Assembly (NCBI GenBank): GCA_016717705.1
Contig: JADKFD010000003.1
Coordinates: 73,892 to 137,891 of the forward strand
Length of the DNA: 64,000 nucleotides
Direction: 5' to 3'
Source: Rhodanobacteraceae bacterium
Lineage (GTDB): Bacteria > Pseudomonadota > Gammaproteobacteria > Xanthomonadales > SZUA-5
Part shown: piece by piece, positions 18,395-27,972 of the stretch
Layout of the letters: each line of letters starts with the position of its first letter
Numbering within the stretch: the first letter of the stretch is position 1
The notes under the pieces: model-generated
What the model saw: only the letters and a program-made list of their open reading frames with translations
The model's database searches: none
What the model was told of the DNA's origin: nothing
Position numbers and translations under genes: made by a program

Positions 18395-19411
18395 ATGAAT
18401 GCATCGCGCGCGCAGAAACCCAGACTTCTGCCGATTGTCCTCATGCTGGCCGCGATTGCGGGCCTCGCGGGCTGCGGCGGCGAAGAATCCGCAACACCGG
18501 AAACCAGCTCGCCGGCCGGCGCCGCTCCGACTCCGGCAGCGCAGCAGGCAGCTCCGGCTGCCCCGGCGGAAGTGGCACCGCAGACCGTCGCCGAACTGCT
18601 CGACGCCGCCCGTGCGGCGATGCGTGAGCAACGGCTGATTCAGCCGGTCGGCAACAATGCCATCGAGTATTACCTCAAGGTGCTCGATGCCGAGCCGGAC
18701 AATCGCCAGGCCCAATTGGCAATTCTCGAACTGATGCCCTTGGCCCAGGGTGTCGCCGAAAAGATGATCGACGACGCCCGCCTGGACGAGGCGCAGGCGG
18801 CGGTCGGCCTGCTCAAGCGCGCCCAGCCAACCTCCGTGGTGGTCACCAATCTGGAGCAGCGCATCGTCATCCAGCGCCGCGCCGAAGATCAGAAGTTGAA
18901 GGCCGAGGAAGAGGCTGCAAAGCTGGCCGAACGCCAGGCGCGCGATCAGGCTGCGGCGCAGGCGCAGGCCGCCTCCCAGCCGGCAGCAGAGCCGGTGGCA
19001 TCGGCGCCGACGCCCGCCCCGGCGGCCGCCACGCAGGTTCCGCCGCCAGAACCGGTCGTCGAACCGCCGCCGCAGACCGCGCCGACCCAGGTGGCATCGG
19101 CGGCTCCGGCGACCTCGGTTGCCGCTTCGACCGCACCGAAGAGCAAGGATTTCCAACTGGTCAAGAAGGTCAATCCGACCTATCCGACGCAGGCCCTGCG
19201 CAGCCGCACCGAGGGTTGGGTCGAGCTCTCGTTCACCATCACCACGACCGGCGATGTCGAAGGCGTCGAGGTGGTCGATGCCGAGCCGCGCCGCGTGTTC
19301 GATCGCGAAGCTGCCCGCGCACTCGGCCAGTGGAAGTTCTCGCCGCGCATGGAAAATGGCAAGCCGGTAGCGGCGAAGGCGCGTCAGCGCCTGACCTTCA
19401 GCCTGAACTGA
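18395..19411 (+). CDS. Lipoprotein with a TonB C-terminal domain
   Basis: MNASRAQKPRLLPIVLMLAAIAGLAGC (lipobox), an Ala/Pro/Gln-rich linker and a TonB_C-like end (VNPTYPTQALRSRTEGWVELSFTITTTGDVEGVEVVDAEP...). Confidence 0.75.
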   Translation: MNASRAQKPRLLPIVLMLAAIAGLAGCGGEESATPETSSPAGAAPTPAAQQAAPAAPAEVAPQTVAELLDAARAAMREQRLIQPVGNNAIEYYLKVLDAEPDNRQAQLAILELMPLAQGVAEKMIDDARLDEAQAAVGLLKRAQPTSVVVTNLEQRIVIQRRAEDQKLKAEEEAAKLAERQARDQAAAQAQAASQPAAEPVASAPTPAPAAATQVPPPEPVVEPPPQTAPTQVASAAPATSVAASTAPKSKDFQLVKKVNPTYPTQALRSRTEGWVELSFTITTTGDVEGVEVVDAEPRRVFDREAARALGQWKFSPRMENGKPVAAKARQRLTFSLN

Positions 19412-19439
19412 GCCCAGCGCTTGGACAGGTAGCAATCAA

Positions 19440-19466
19440 GGGCGCCGCAGGGCGCCCCCTTTTGTG
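19440..19466 (+). terminator. Candidate rho-independent terminator after the TonB-domain gene
   Basis: Stem GGGCGCC/GGCGCCC (19440-46 / 19451-57), loop GCAG, then CCTTTTGTG. Confidence 0.45.
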
Positions 19467-19528
19467 CTGGGCAGCCGTTGACGGAGCGGACCGCGTCCAC
19501 CAAACTCGCAACACCTGAACGACATATT

Positions 19529-19627
19529 TGTCAAGGACGCAAAGACGCAAGGAAAGCAAGAGGCGCGCGGAGGCCGGTGGGCCTTGACAAACTTTGCTCC
19601 TTTGCGTCCTTAGCGTCCTTTGCGACA
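19529..19627. repeat. Inverted arrays of GACGCAA-type units around a GGCCGG core
   Basis: tgtcaaggacgcaaagacgcaaggaaagcaag ... gacaaactttgctcctttgcgtccttagcgtcctttgcgaca. The arms are largely complementary. Confidence 0.7.
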
Positions 19628-21022
19628 ACAACAGCTTTGCGGCCCTGCCCCAGTTGGTGCGTCGAACAAGCGCACCGACAGGAGCGACCTGACCTCGGCG
19701 AACATGCCGTAAGGCATTGATTTCGTGGGAGCGGTGACCCGCGGGCCGCGGGATGCCGCTGCCCCGCAAACAGCGCACCGCGGAGCGAGCACACCCTCAC
19801 CTCGCGGCTTGTGCACCTGGCGCTGCGCGGCGATCTGCAAGCGATTCAGGTCCAGCCAATCGGGCCCTTCCAGTTGCAACTGGCGGTCGAGGATGCGCGG
19901 CAACAAACCCGCCGGAACGCCGCTGTTCGAATTCCACAGGATGGCCACGCCGAAGCCCTGTTCCGGCAGCAGGCCGATCATCGCGCGATAGCCCTGGACG
20001 GCGCCGGCATGAAAGACCAGACGCGAACCGGCGTAGTCGAAGACGCGCCAGCCGAGCGCATACCCGGCCGCGCGCACGCGCTGGCGCCGCCATTGCGGGC
20101 CGAGCAGTTCGCCCGGCGTGTCGATCCTCGAGGTCTGCACCATCTGGATCACCGGCAAAGGCAGCACGTCGGGGCGCTCGCCGAGCTGCGCGCGCATCCA
20201 GGTGGCGATGTCGCCGATGCTGGCATTCACACCCGCGGCCGCCGGCAACTGGTAATAGGTCGGCTTGGGTTCGACTGGCACCCAGCCACCGCGGGCATAG
20301 ACGTGCGGGCGCGCCCAATTGCTGCCACCTATCAGGGCCTCGCGTCCGACCGAGGTATCGTTCATTTCCAGCGGCACCAGTACCCGGCGCGTGAGTTCGA
20401 CCGGGAAGAAGCTGCCGACGGCGCCAAAGGCCGCATCGGCGGCGACGTTGAACATCACATTCTGATAGGCGTAACACCCGCCGACGGCGCAGGCCGGCCG
20501 CACGCTGGGCAAGGATTGAATCAGGTCGATCAGCGGCGCATTGGCTTCGAGTTTCATGTCGAAGGTATGGTGCGGCAGCCCGGTCTGGTGACTCAGCAGC
20601 CGCTCCAGGGTCAGCGCCGTCGCCGCGTTCGGATCCGCCAGTTGCAGGCCGGGAACCAGTTCCACCACGCTCTGCTGCAAGGACAGGAAACCGGCGTCGG
20701 CCAGCAGACCGCACAAGGTCGCGGCAAAGCCCTTGGAGACCGAAGCCAGCCGGAACACCGTGTGCACGTCGACGACCTGTCCGGACCCGCTGTAGGTTTC
20801 GCCTGCCGTGAACAGCAAGTTGGGCTGACCGCTGCGAACGATGGCGACACCCAGCGCCGGCGTGGCGCCGCTGGCGGAGACCACGTCCACCCAGCCTTGC
20901 ACCTCGGCCGGCAACGCATCGACAACCAGCGCAGGCGCTGCCGAATCCACGCTCGCGGCGTCAATTGCGGTGGCGCCGAACACCAGCGCACAGAGTACCG
21001 CCTTGGCAAGCTTCCGAAGCAT
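19610..21022 (-). CDS. Serine hydrolase, beta-lactamase/PBP4-like family, secreted
   Basis: Signal peptide MLRKLAKAVLCALVFGATA, with GAGGGGG 5 nt upstream of the ATG at 21022, and an S-x-x-K motif (ASVSKGF). The C-terminal ~50 aa run into the repeat and may not be genuine. Confidence 0.75.
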   Translation of the reverse strand: MLRKLAKAVLCALVFGATAIDAASVDSAAPALVVDALPAEVQGWVDVVSASGATPALGVAIVRSGQPNLLFTAGETYSGSGQVVDVHTVFRLASVSKGFAATLCGLLADAGFLSLQQSVVELVPGLQLADPNAATALTLERLLSHQTGLPHHTFDMKLEANAPLIDLIQSLPSVRPACAVGGCYAYQNVMFNVAADAAFGAVGSFFPVELTRRVLVPLEMNDTSVGREALIGGSNWARPHVYARGGWVPVEPKPTYYQLPAAAGVNASIGDIATWMRAQLGERPDVLPLPVIQMVQTSRIDTPGELLGPQWRRQRVRAAGYALGWRVFDYAGSRLVFHAGAVQGYRAMIGLLPEQGFGVAILWNSNSGVPAGLLPRILDRQLQLEGPDWLDLNRLQIAAQRQVHKPRGEGVLAPRCAVCGAAASRGPRVTAPTKSMPYGMFAEVRSLLSVRLFDAPTGAGPQSCCCRKGR

Positions 21023-21097
21023 TCGCCCCCTCATGTTATTCTTTTTGACAACGCGTTGAATCGTAGCGCGTTTCCCCTTGCATGAGTGGAGACTGCG

Positions 21098-21688
21098 ATG
21101 CTCTCGACTGTGATCCTGCTGGTGTTTCTGGTCGTCGTTGCACTGTTTTTCGTCAGTATCTACAACGGGCTGGTCACCGCCCGCAACGGCTACAAGAACG
21201 CCTTCAGCCAGATCGACGTGCAACTGACGCGCCGACACGATTTGATTCCCAATCTGGTCGAGATCGCCAAGGGTTACATCAAGCACGAGCGCGAGACCCT
21301 GGAGGCGGTGATCCAGGCGCGCAACTCGGCGGTCAGTGGTCTGCGTGCGGCCAGCGCCAATCCGGGAGATGCGGGTGCCCTGCAGCAGTTGGCGGCATCC
21401 GAAAACCAGCTGACTGGCGCGCTCGGTCGGCTGTTCGCGCTGTCGGAGGCTTATCCGGATCTGAAGGCGAACACCACCATGATGCAGTTGTCAGAAGAAC
21501 TGACCAGCACCGAGAACAAGGTCGCGTTCGCGCGTCAGGCGTACAACGACGGCGTGCTCGGTTACAACAACAAGCGCGAAGTATTCCCGAACAACCTGGT
21601 CGCCGGCATGTTTGCTTTCGGCCCGGCCACTTTCCTGGAACTCGACGACAGCGCCAAGCGCGAAGTGCCAAAGGTGAGTTTCACCTGA
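21098..21688 (+). CDS. lemA: LemA family protein
   Basis: MLSTVILLVFLVVVALFFVSIYNGLV...QIDVQLTRRHDLIPNLVE... A GGAG lies 6 nt upstream of the ATG at 21098. Confidence 0.85.
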   Translation: MLSTVILLVFLVVVALFFVSIYNGLVTARNGYKNAFSQIDVQLTRRHDLIPNLVEIAKGYIKHERETLEAVIQARNSAVSGLRAASANPGDAGALQQLAASENQLTGALGRLFALSEAYPDLKANTTMMQLSEELTSTENKVAFARQAYNDGVLGYNNKREVFPNNLVAGMFAFGPATFLELDDSAKREVPKVSFT

Positions 21689-21766
21689 CGCGACAATCGG
21701 GAACCTCGTCGAGCCGGCCATGAGCGCAACCCGGTTGTGCATCCGGCGCAAGCCTGCGGAAACGCG

Positions 21767-23706
21767 ATGAACTTCTTCGCGCACCAGGCCGCTGCGCGCG
21801 CCAAGAGCCGGCGCATGTTGTGGCTGTTTGCGCTGGCGGTACTGGCCATCGTGGCCGCGATCAATGTGGTCGTGCTGCTGGTCTTCGGCATCGCCGTGGT
21901 ACCGGAAAGTCCCGAGCAACGGGATGCGCTGGTTCCAGCGCTGGTCGCGTCCACGGCGGTCACGCTGGCGGTCATCGGGCTGGGCAGCCTGTTCAAGACC
22001 TTGAGTCTGCGCGGCGGTGGCGGCAGCGTGGCGCGCTCGATGGGCGGCACGCTGGTGCCGGGCGATCCGCGCGATTTCCAGCTCAAGCGCCTGCGCAACG
22101 TGATCGAGGAAATGTCGATCGCCTCCGGCGTGCCGGTCCCGGAGATCTACGTGCTCGACCGCGAATCCGGCATCAACGCCTTCGCCGCCGGCTTCGCCCC
22201 GAGCGATGCGGCCATCGCAGTCACCCGCGGCGCGCTCGATCGCCTCAGTCGCGACGAACTGCAGGGCGTGATCGCGCACGAGTACAGCCATATCCTGAAT
22301 GGCGACATGCGCCTGAACCTGCGCCTGATGGGGCTGATCTTCGGCCTCTTGGTACTCGGCCTGACCGGGCGCAAAGTCCTCGAACACATGCGCTTGGGCG
22401 GCTCGAAGAAAGAGGGTAATGCGATCTTGCTGATCGCCCTGGCGGTGATGATCTTCGGCTACCTCGGCGTCTTTCTCGGCAGGATGATCAAGGCCTACAT
22501 CTCGCGCCAGCGCGAGTATCTGGCCGACGCGTCGGCGGTGCAGTTCACCCGACTGTCGCACGGCCTGTCGGGCGCGTTGATGAAGATTGCTGCCTTCGAG
22601 GCAGGCTCCAGGCTGACCGCCAATGACGGCGAGGAAGTCGCCCACATGCTGTTCGGCGACGGCGTGGGCTATGGCGCCCTGACCGCCACACATCCGCCAC
22701 TGATCGAGCGTATCCGGCGTATCGATCCGCGCTTCGACCCACAGTTGTTGGCGCGACTGGCCGCGACCGAGCGCAGCTTCGAAGGCGTGGACGAAGGAAC
22801 CGACCCGCCGGCGGCGTCTGCCTTGCTGGCGGGATTCGGCGCTACGCCGCGGGCCAACCGCCGGTCACCAGGCCACTCGATCAACGGATCAACGCCCCGC
22901 AGCCACAACAAGTGCTCGCCGATGTCGCCAATCCGGGCGCCCTTCACGTCGAATACGCGATCGCCATCCGCCAGTCGCTACCGCCCATCCTCACCGCAGC
23001 CGCGCACATGCGCGAGCGCGCCATCGATGTCGTGCTGGCGCTGCTCACCGCCCGCGAGGGCGATCCGGCCGGGCATCTCGCCGAGATCGGCCAGAGGCTC
23101 GGCCCGGTCCGCGCAAAGGGCACGGCAGATCTGGTCGACATCGCGCGCCAATTGCATCCGGCCCAGCGCATGCCGCTGGCCGCATTGGCACTGCCGGCGT
23201 TGAAGCGTCGGCCGGCGACCGAAGTGCATCTGCTGATCGACACCATCGACAAGCTGATCCAGCGCGATGGCCGGGTGGATGTCTTCGAATATGGCATTGC
23301 GCGCTTGCTGCGCCAGCAGATGGTCGAAGCGATGGAGCCGGCACGGGCCCGGGCAGGAAATGCCAAGTTGCCTGGCGTACGCCGCGAGGCACTGGCCTTG
23401 CTGGCGGTCCTCGCCCATCACGGTCATGGCGACAGCGAAAGCGCCCGCCGCGCCTACATCGCCGGTGCCGGCGTGCTGTTCCCGGGCGACGCTGACGCCT
23501 ATGCCCAACCCCGCGACTGGATAGCCGAACTCGACCGCGCGCTACCCGCGCTCGATGCGCTGGTGCCGGTCGGCAAGGAAACCCTGGTGCTGGCGCTGGC
23601 CACCACCGTCGGCCATGACGGCCAGATCGCCGTCTCCGAGGCCGAGCTGCTGCGCCTGACCTGCACCCTGCTGCACTGCCCGCTGCCGCCGATTCTGGGG
23701 GCGTAG
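21767..23706 (+). pseudogene. M48-family zinc metallopeptidase (LemA-associated type), frameshifted between about 22800 and 22912
   Basis: N-terminal part in frame 2 with HExxH (IAHEYSHILNGD). The C-terminal 264-aa part is in frame 1 (ORF 22912-23706). Frame 1 is already open upstream of 22912. The two parts join with a single-base correction. Confidence 0.7.
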
Positions 23707-23790
23707 GATGTGGTAACCGCAGCGAACGCAGCAACGGACTTGCGGCCGGCGAAGGTCGCTGCCGACTCCACCTAACCGGCTCCCGATCGA

Positions 23791-24207
23791 TCACTTCCAG
23801 ATCCCGCTGGCGAACGCGATGCGGCGCTTCTGGTCGAAGATCTCGCAGGCCGCGAAGATCAGCGAGCGCGTGCGTCTGAGGACGTGCGCCTCGCCGTAGA
23901 TCCAGCGATTCGGGAATGCCGCGGCGAGAAACTGGCAATGCAGATCGATCGTCGCGAAACGCTGTTCATGACCGATCTCGTCGCCGATCCCACGGTACAA
24001 CACATAGTCGGCGAAGGTGCTGATGACGCCGCCATGCACGACGTCCTCCGGACACAGATGGCGCTGGTCGAGCAGCAGCGCGCGGCGCACGCCGTGCTCC
24101 AGCACGATCTCGTAAAACGGCCCGACATGGGTGGAGAATCCCCGCTGCTGCGGCGCAATCTTCAACCGCGGCAACGCGGCGCCCTGGCGCTCGGATGGAC
24201 TGGACAT
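23791..24207 (-). CDS. PaaI-family (hotdog fold) thioesterase
   Basis: MSSPSERQG...HVGPFYEI...HLCPEDVVHGGVISTFADY..., 138 aa from the ATG at 24207. In the ORF track it appears only as the tail of the 777-aa fusion ORF. Confidence 0.75.
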   Translation of the reverse strand: MSSPSERQGAALPRLKIAPQQRGFSTHVGPFYEIVLEHGVRRALLLDQRHLCPEDVVHGGVISTFADYVLYRGIGDEIGHEQRFATIDLHCQFLAAAFPNRWIYGEAHVLRRTRSLIFAACEIFDQKRRIAFASGIWK

Positions 24208-24295
24208 CGATCGACGGCCCGACCAGACGGCATTGTAAGGAAAGTCGTGCCGCACTGGGCACGCGGCGCCGACCGCTTCCGCGCCCAGCGGCCCC

Positions 24296-24447
24296 TTGGG
24301 GGCGGGCGTCCGGGCGGCCCCCGCGCCGGCGCCCCCCCCCGCCCCCCCCCCCCGGGGGGGGGTTTTGCCGCGCGCGCCCCCGCCGAATCCCCCCCCCCCC
24401 CCAAAAAACCCCCCCCCCCCCCCCCCCCCCCCCCAAACCCCCCCCCC
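24296..24447. other. C-dominated low-complexity block (probable sequence artefact)
   Basis: It contains a 26-nt C run (24409-24434), a 14-nt C run, a 10-nt G run, and isolated tttt/aaaaaa runs. It replaces the GMC 3' end and the intergenic region. Confidence 0.7.
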
Positions 24448-26046
24448 GTGCGCAGCGCACGCATCGACCGCCAGGCCATCCGCCAGAATCAGATCGCTCG
24501 CCTTCTCGGCGATCATCACCGCAGGTGCGTTGGTGTTGCCGCTGATCAGCGTCGGCATCACCGAAGCATCGACCACGCGCAAGCCGTGCAGGCCGCGCAC
24601 GCGCAGTTCCGGATCGACCACGGCCTCGCCGTCGACACCCATGCGACAGGTGCTGACCGGGTGGTAGATGGTTTCGGCCTTGCGCCGGATGAAGGCGCTC
24701 AGATCGGCGGCGCTGGTGGTGCTTGCACCAGGCAGGATTTCATCGCCGGCATAAGGCGCCAATGGCGATTGCGCGAAGATCTCGCGGGTGATGCGCACGC
24801 CTTCCAGCATCATCTGCAGGTCCTCGGGTGCGCTCAGGTAGTTGGCGTGAATGCGTGGCGCCAGGAAGGGATCGGCCGACGCCAGTTCGATGTAGCCACG
24901 GCTCTTCGGTCGCAACTGGCAACTGTGCATGGTGAAGCCGTAACCCGGCAGGCGATTGCGGCCGTGATCGTCGAGCATCGCCGGCACGAAATGGAACTGC
25001 AGGTCCGGGCGCCCGTCGGTGGACCAGCGCGATGTGGCGAATCCGCCGGTTTCGGCGATGTTCGAGGTACCGGCGCCGGTGCGACCGAAATAGTATTGCA
25101 AGCCGATCTTGAGATCGTTGGTGCGGTCATAGGTGATCTTCTGCTTGCACTTGCGCAGCACGCACACATCCAGATGGTCGGTGAGATTGCGGCCGACACC
25201 CGGCGCGTCCAGGCGCACGCCGATGCCGTGCTGACGCAAGTGGTCGGCCGGGCCCACACCCGACAGCATCAACAGTTGCGGTGAGTTGATCGCCCCGCCG
25301 CTGAGCAGCACTTCCTTGCGCGCTTCGAAGCGTTCGATGCGCCGGCCCACGCGCGCCTCGATGCCGATGGCGCGGTCGCGGTCGAACAGCACGCGGGTGG
25401 CCTGTGCATGGGTGAGCACGCGCAGATTTGCGCGTTGCAGCGCCGGCGCCAGATAGCCGGCGGCGGTGCTGCAGCGGGCGCCATTGCGCTGGGTGACCTG
25501 GTAGCGGCCAAAACCCTGCTGCTCGACGCCGTTGAAATCGCCATTGCGGGCATGCCCGGCGGCGGCGGCAGCCTCGAGGAAGGCCAGGCTGAGAGGATTG
25601 ACGTAGCGCAGATTCTCGACCGACAGCGGCCCGCCAACCCCATGCAGGCTGTCGGACCCACGCTGGTTGTCCTCGGAACGGCGGAAGTACGGCAGCACCT
25701 CGGCCCAGCTCCAGCCACGATTGCCGGCAGCCGCCCAGGCGTCGTAGTCGGCGCGCTGACCGCGGATGTAGCACATGGCGTTGATCGAACTGGAGCCACC
25801 GAGCACACGACCGCGCGGCCAGTACATGCGGCGGCCGTTGAGTTCCGCTTCCGGCTCGGTCTGGTAACTCCAGTTGAGAAACTTGATGTTGATCAGCTTG
25901 GCCAGGCCAGCGGGCATATGGATGAACGGATGCCAGTCGCGACCGCCCGCCTCCAGCAACAGGACGCGATTCTTGCCGTCGGCACTCAGGCGATTGGCCA
26001 GCACGCAACCGGCAGAACCGGCACCGACGATGATGTAGTCGTACAC
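24448..26046 (-). CDS. GMC family oxidoreductase (choline dehydrogenase-like); native 3' end and stop lost in the low-complexity block
   Basis: (V)YDYIIVGAGSAGCVLANRLS... FAD-binding N-terminus with GGGAG 5 nt upstream of the GTG at 26046. A conserved GMC C-terminal motif (...NTNAPAVMIAEKASDLIL) ends near 24480. Confidence 0.8.
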
Positions 26047-26300
26047 GCAAACTCCCGCTGTTGGGCATGGCCTGAAGGGACGTGCGCGAGCTGTGACGAA
26101 TCGCGCTGACGCTTTCCAGATCAATCAGTTACATGCTGCACCGCAGCATCAACCGCGTACCTGGAGTGCACGCGGGGGCGATTGTTTGGCCCAGCGCTAG
26201 AGCAGTTATTCGGCAGGCGTCACGCTGTCGCGACAAAGCCGTCCGATTCGGTGACTGCGACAGGTCCATCGGGCACTGCACGACGACGAGCTCTCGCCGT

Positions 26301-27055
26301 TCAGGGAAATACCGGCTGCACCAGAGCCTCGAACCCGGGATGGGCAAACAGGTAACCCTGCATGTAGCGCACCCCAAGCGCGATCAGCACCTCGCGCTCG
26401 TCCACGCTCTCGATGCCCTCGGCGATCACCTCGATGTTCAGTCGCACGGCGACCTGGATGATGCCGGCGACCCCCAGCACACAACAACACAAAAAAAACG
26501 GCGGCCAGCGCCGCAACAAGCAAGAAAAAAAGCGGCCAAAAACGCCAGCAGAAAGCAACCCAAAAAAGCCGGCGCCAAAAACAAAGGCGGAAAAAAAGCC
26601 GCGCAAGCCGCACCACGCCAAAAAACCAGCCAAAACAAAAGCGAGGGAACGACAAACCGCTCAACCCCGGCCACCCCAGAAACAACAGCCGGCCGAGCGG
26701 AAAAAAAACCACACGGCGGCAACAAGCGAGGCAAAAACAGAAAACCGGGCGGAGGCAACCGTAAAAAGGGCAAAACACTGTGCTGCAGGCCGAGCCGGGA
26801 AGCGAGTTCAATCGCGCGGATGCGGCAGGCCTGGTCGAAGCGATAGCGATTGCGATCGTTGACCAGGGCCAGCACGCTGGCAGCCGATGCGCCATCGGTA
26901 CCGCGCACCAGCGCCTCGTACGCGAACAGCCTGCGCGTGCGCAGGTCGACGATGGGCTGGAACGCCATGGTGAAGGCGAAACCCAATGCCGCCGGATCGC
27001 GGCATTCGACGCAAGCTAGCGATCGGAAAGGACTTTCGAAGCGAGTACGGCTCAT
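26301..27055 (-). pseudogene. Stand-alone EAL-domain protein (c-di-GMP phosphodiesterase family), with its central part replaced by low-complexity sequence
   Basis: N-terminal part MSRTRFESPF...FTMAFQPIVDLRTRRLFAYEALVRGTDG... and C-terminal part ...NIEVIAEGIESVDEREVLIALGVRYMQGYLFAHP flank the block. The 755-nt span is not a multiple of 3. Confidence 0.7.
26471..26780. other. A/C-rich, T-free low-complexity block (probable sequence artefact)
   Basis: Only 2 T (26661, 26762) occur between 26463 and 26778. Runs such as aaaaaaaa are interleaved with gcc/ggc. The block lies where the EAL catalytic core should be. Confidence 0.7.
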
Positions 27056-27227
27056 CCATCGAGCATAGGCGAAGTCAGACGAGCGTCGGTCAAGGTCAGC
27101 GCAATGCATTGCGACCGTAACGTGTTGCACCGACAGCCCCACCCTCACGCGCTGTTGATCCCGACTGCACCGGGCATTGACTTCACCAATGTGAAGGTGC
27201 GCGCCTGCCCAACCCCGGAGTCTCCAC

Positions 27228-27953
27228 GTGATCAATCTCGCAATCTTTCACTCCACCCTGCCGCAGTACTTGAGCGCTACCGCGCAGGAAGCCGACCAGC
27301 GCAACATGACGGTGGCCGTGGCGACCGACGACCGCGCGGTGCTGATGAATGCCGCCGCCAAGGTCAAGGTCGACGCGCTGGTCGCCGATCTCGCTCTGCT
27401 CGGCGATACGCCAGACACCTCCATCGTCGAACTCGAGCGCGCGCTGAAGCCGGAATTGACCGTGATCGTCTACTCCTTTGCCAAATGGGACGTCATCGAG
27501 CGCCTGCGCGGACCGCAGCGTCAGCTGATGCGGGCACCGGTCAGCGCGCGTTCCTTGCGTTCGAATATGCTGGGGCTGATCGTCAAGCACCTGACGCAGA
27601 ATCCGCCGAAGACGGTCGAACCCTTCGAGACCGGTCTCATGCGTCTGGAGCAGCAGGCGCCGATGCGCCGCTACAGCGACATGCAACTGGCAGCGCTGCA
27701 GGACGTGCGCAGCATCGTCGATTGCGAATGCCCCAACCAGGTTGCCGATCTGGTGCTGCAGTTGACGGCCTTCGAGAAGTACTCGGCGCAATGCCAGAAC
27801 AAGAACGAGAAGGACGCGCAGATGCACCGATTGCTGGCGCGTGTCACCGGCCACGCCCGGGCGGTGATGGAATACGGCCTCAAGGAGCTGTGCGCGTTCG
27901 AGGGTCTGGATGCCGCGGAACTGGTCAAGCGCGGCCAGCGCGCGAGCGCCTGA
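27228..27953 (+). CDS. Hypothetical protein: receiver-like N-terminal region plus a Cys-containing C-terminal helical region
   Basis: 241-aa ORF divergent from the EAL gene. It has a CheY-like alternation (VDALVADLALLGDTP, LTVIVYSF) but no N-terminal acidic pair. The C-terminus has IVDCECPNQVADL...YSAQCQNKNEKD...LKELCAF. I do not recognise the family. Confidence 0.55.
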   Translation: MINLAIFHSTLPQYLSATAQEADQRNMTVAVATDDRAVLMNAAAKVKVDALVADLALLGDTPDTSIVELERALKPELTVIVYSFAKWDVIERLRGPQRQLMRAPVSARSLRSNMLGLIVKHLTQNPPKTVEPFETGLMRLEQQAPMRRYSDMQLAALQDVRSIVDCECPNQVADLVLQLTAFEKYSAQCQNKNEKDAQMHRLLARVTGHARAVMEYGLKELCAFEGLDAAELVKRGQRASA

Positions 27954-27972
27954 GTTACCGGTCCGATTGGCC

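Noticed and set aside
23791-26124. 777-aa ORF as a genuine GMC oxidoreductase-thioesterase fusion with a glycine-rich linker.
   Set aside because: The 'linker' is translated poly-C/poly-G low-complexity sequence. The thioesterase has its own ATG, and the GMC homology ends before the block.
26471-26780. Diversity-generating retroelement or other targeted hypermutation as the cause of the base-depleted blocks.
   Set aside because: There is no reverse transcriptase and no template/variable repeat pair. The blocks do not keep any reading frame or residual similarity to the expected sequence. Some of them lie in non-coding DNA.
26133-26895. Lys/Ala/Gln-rich (histone-like) and Phe/Leu/Cys-rich ORFs across 26133-26895.
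   Set aside because: Both are translations of the T-free low-complexity block on opposite strands. Their composition is dictated by the base bias.
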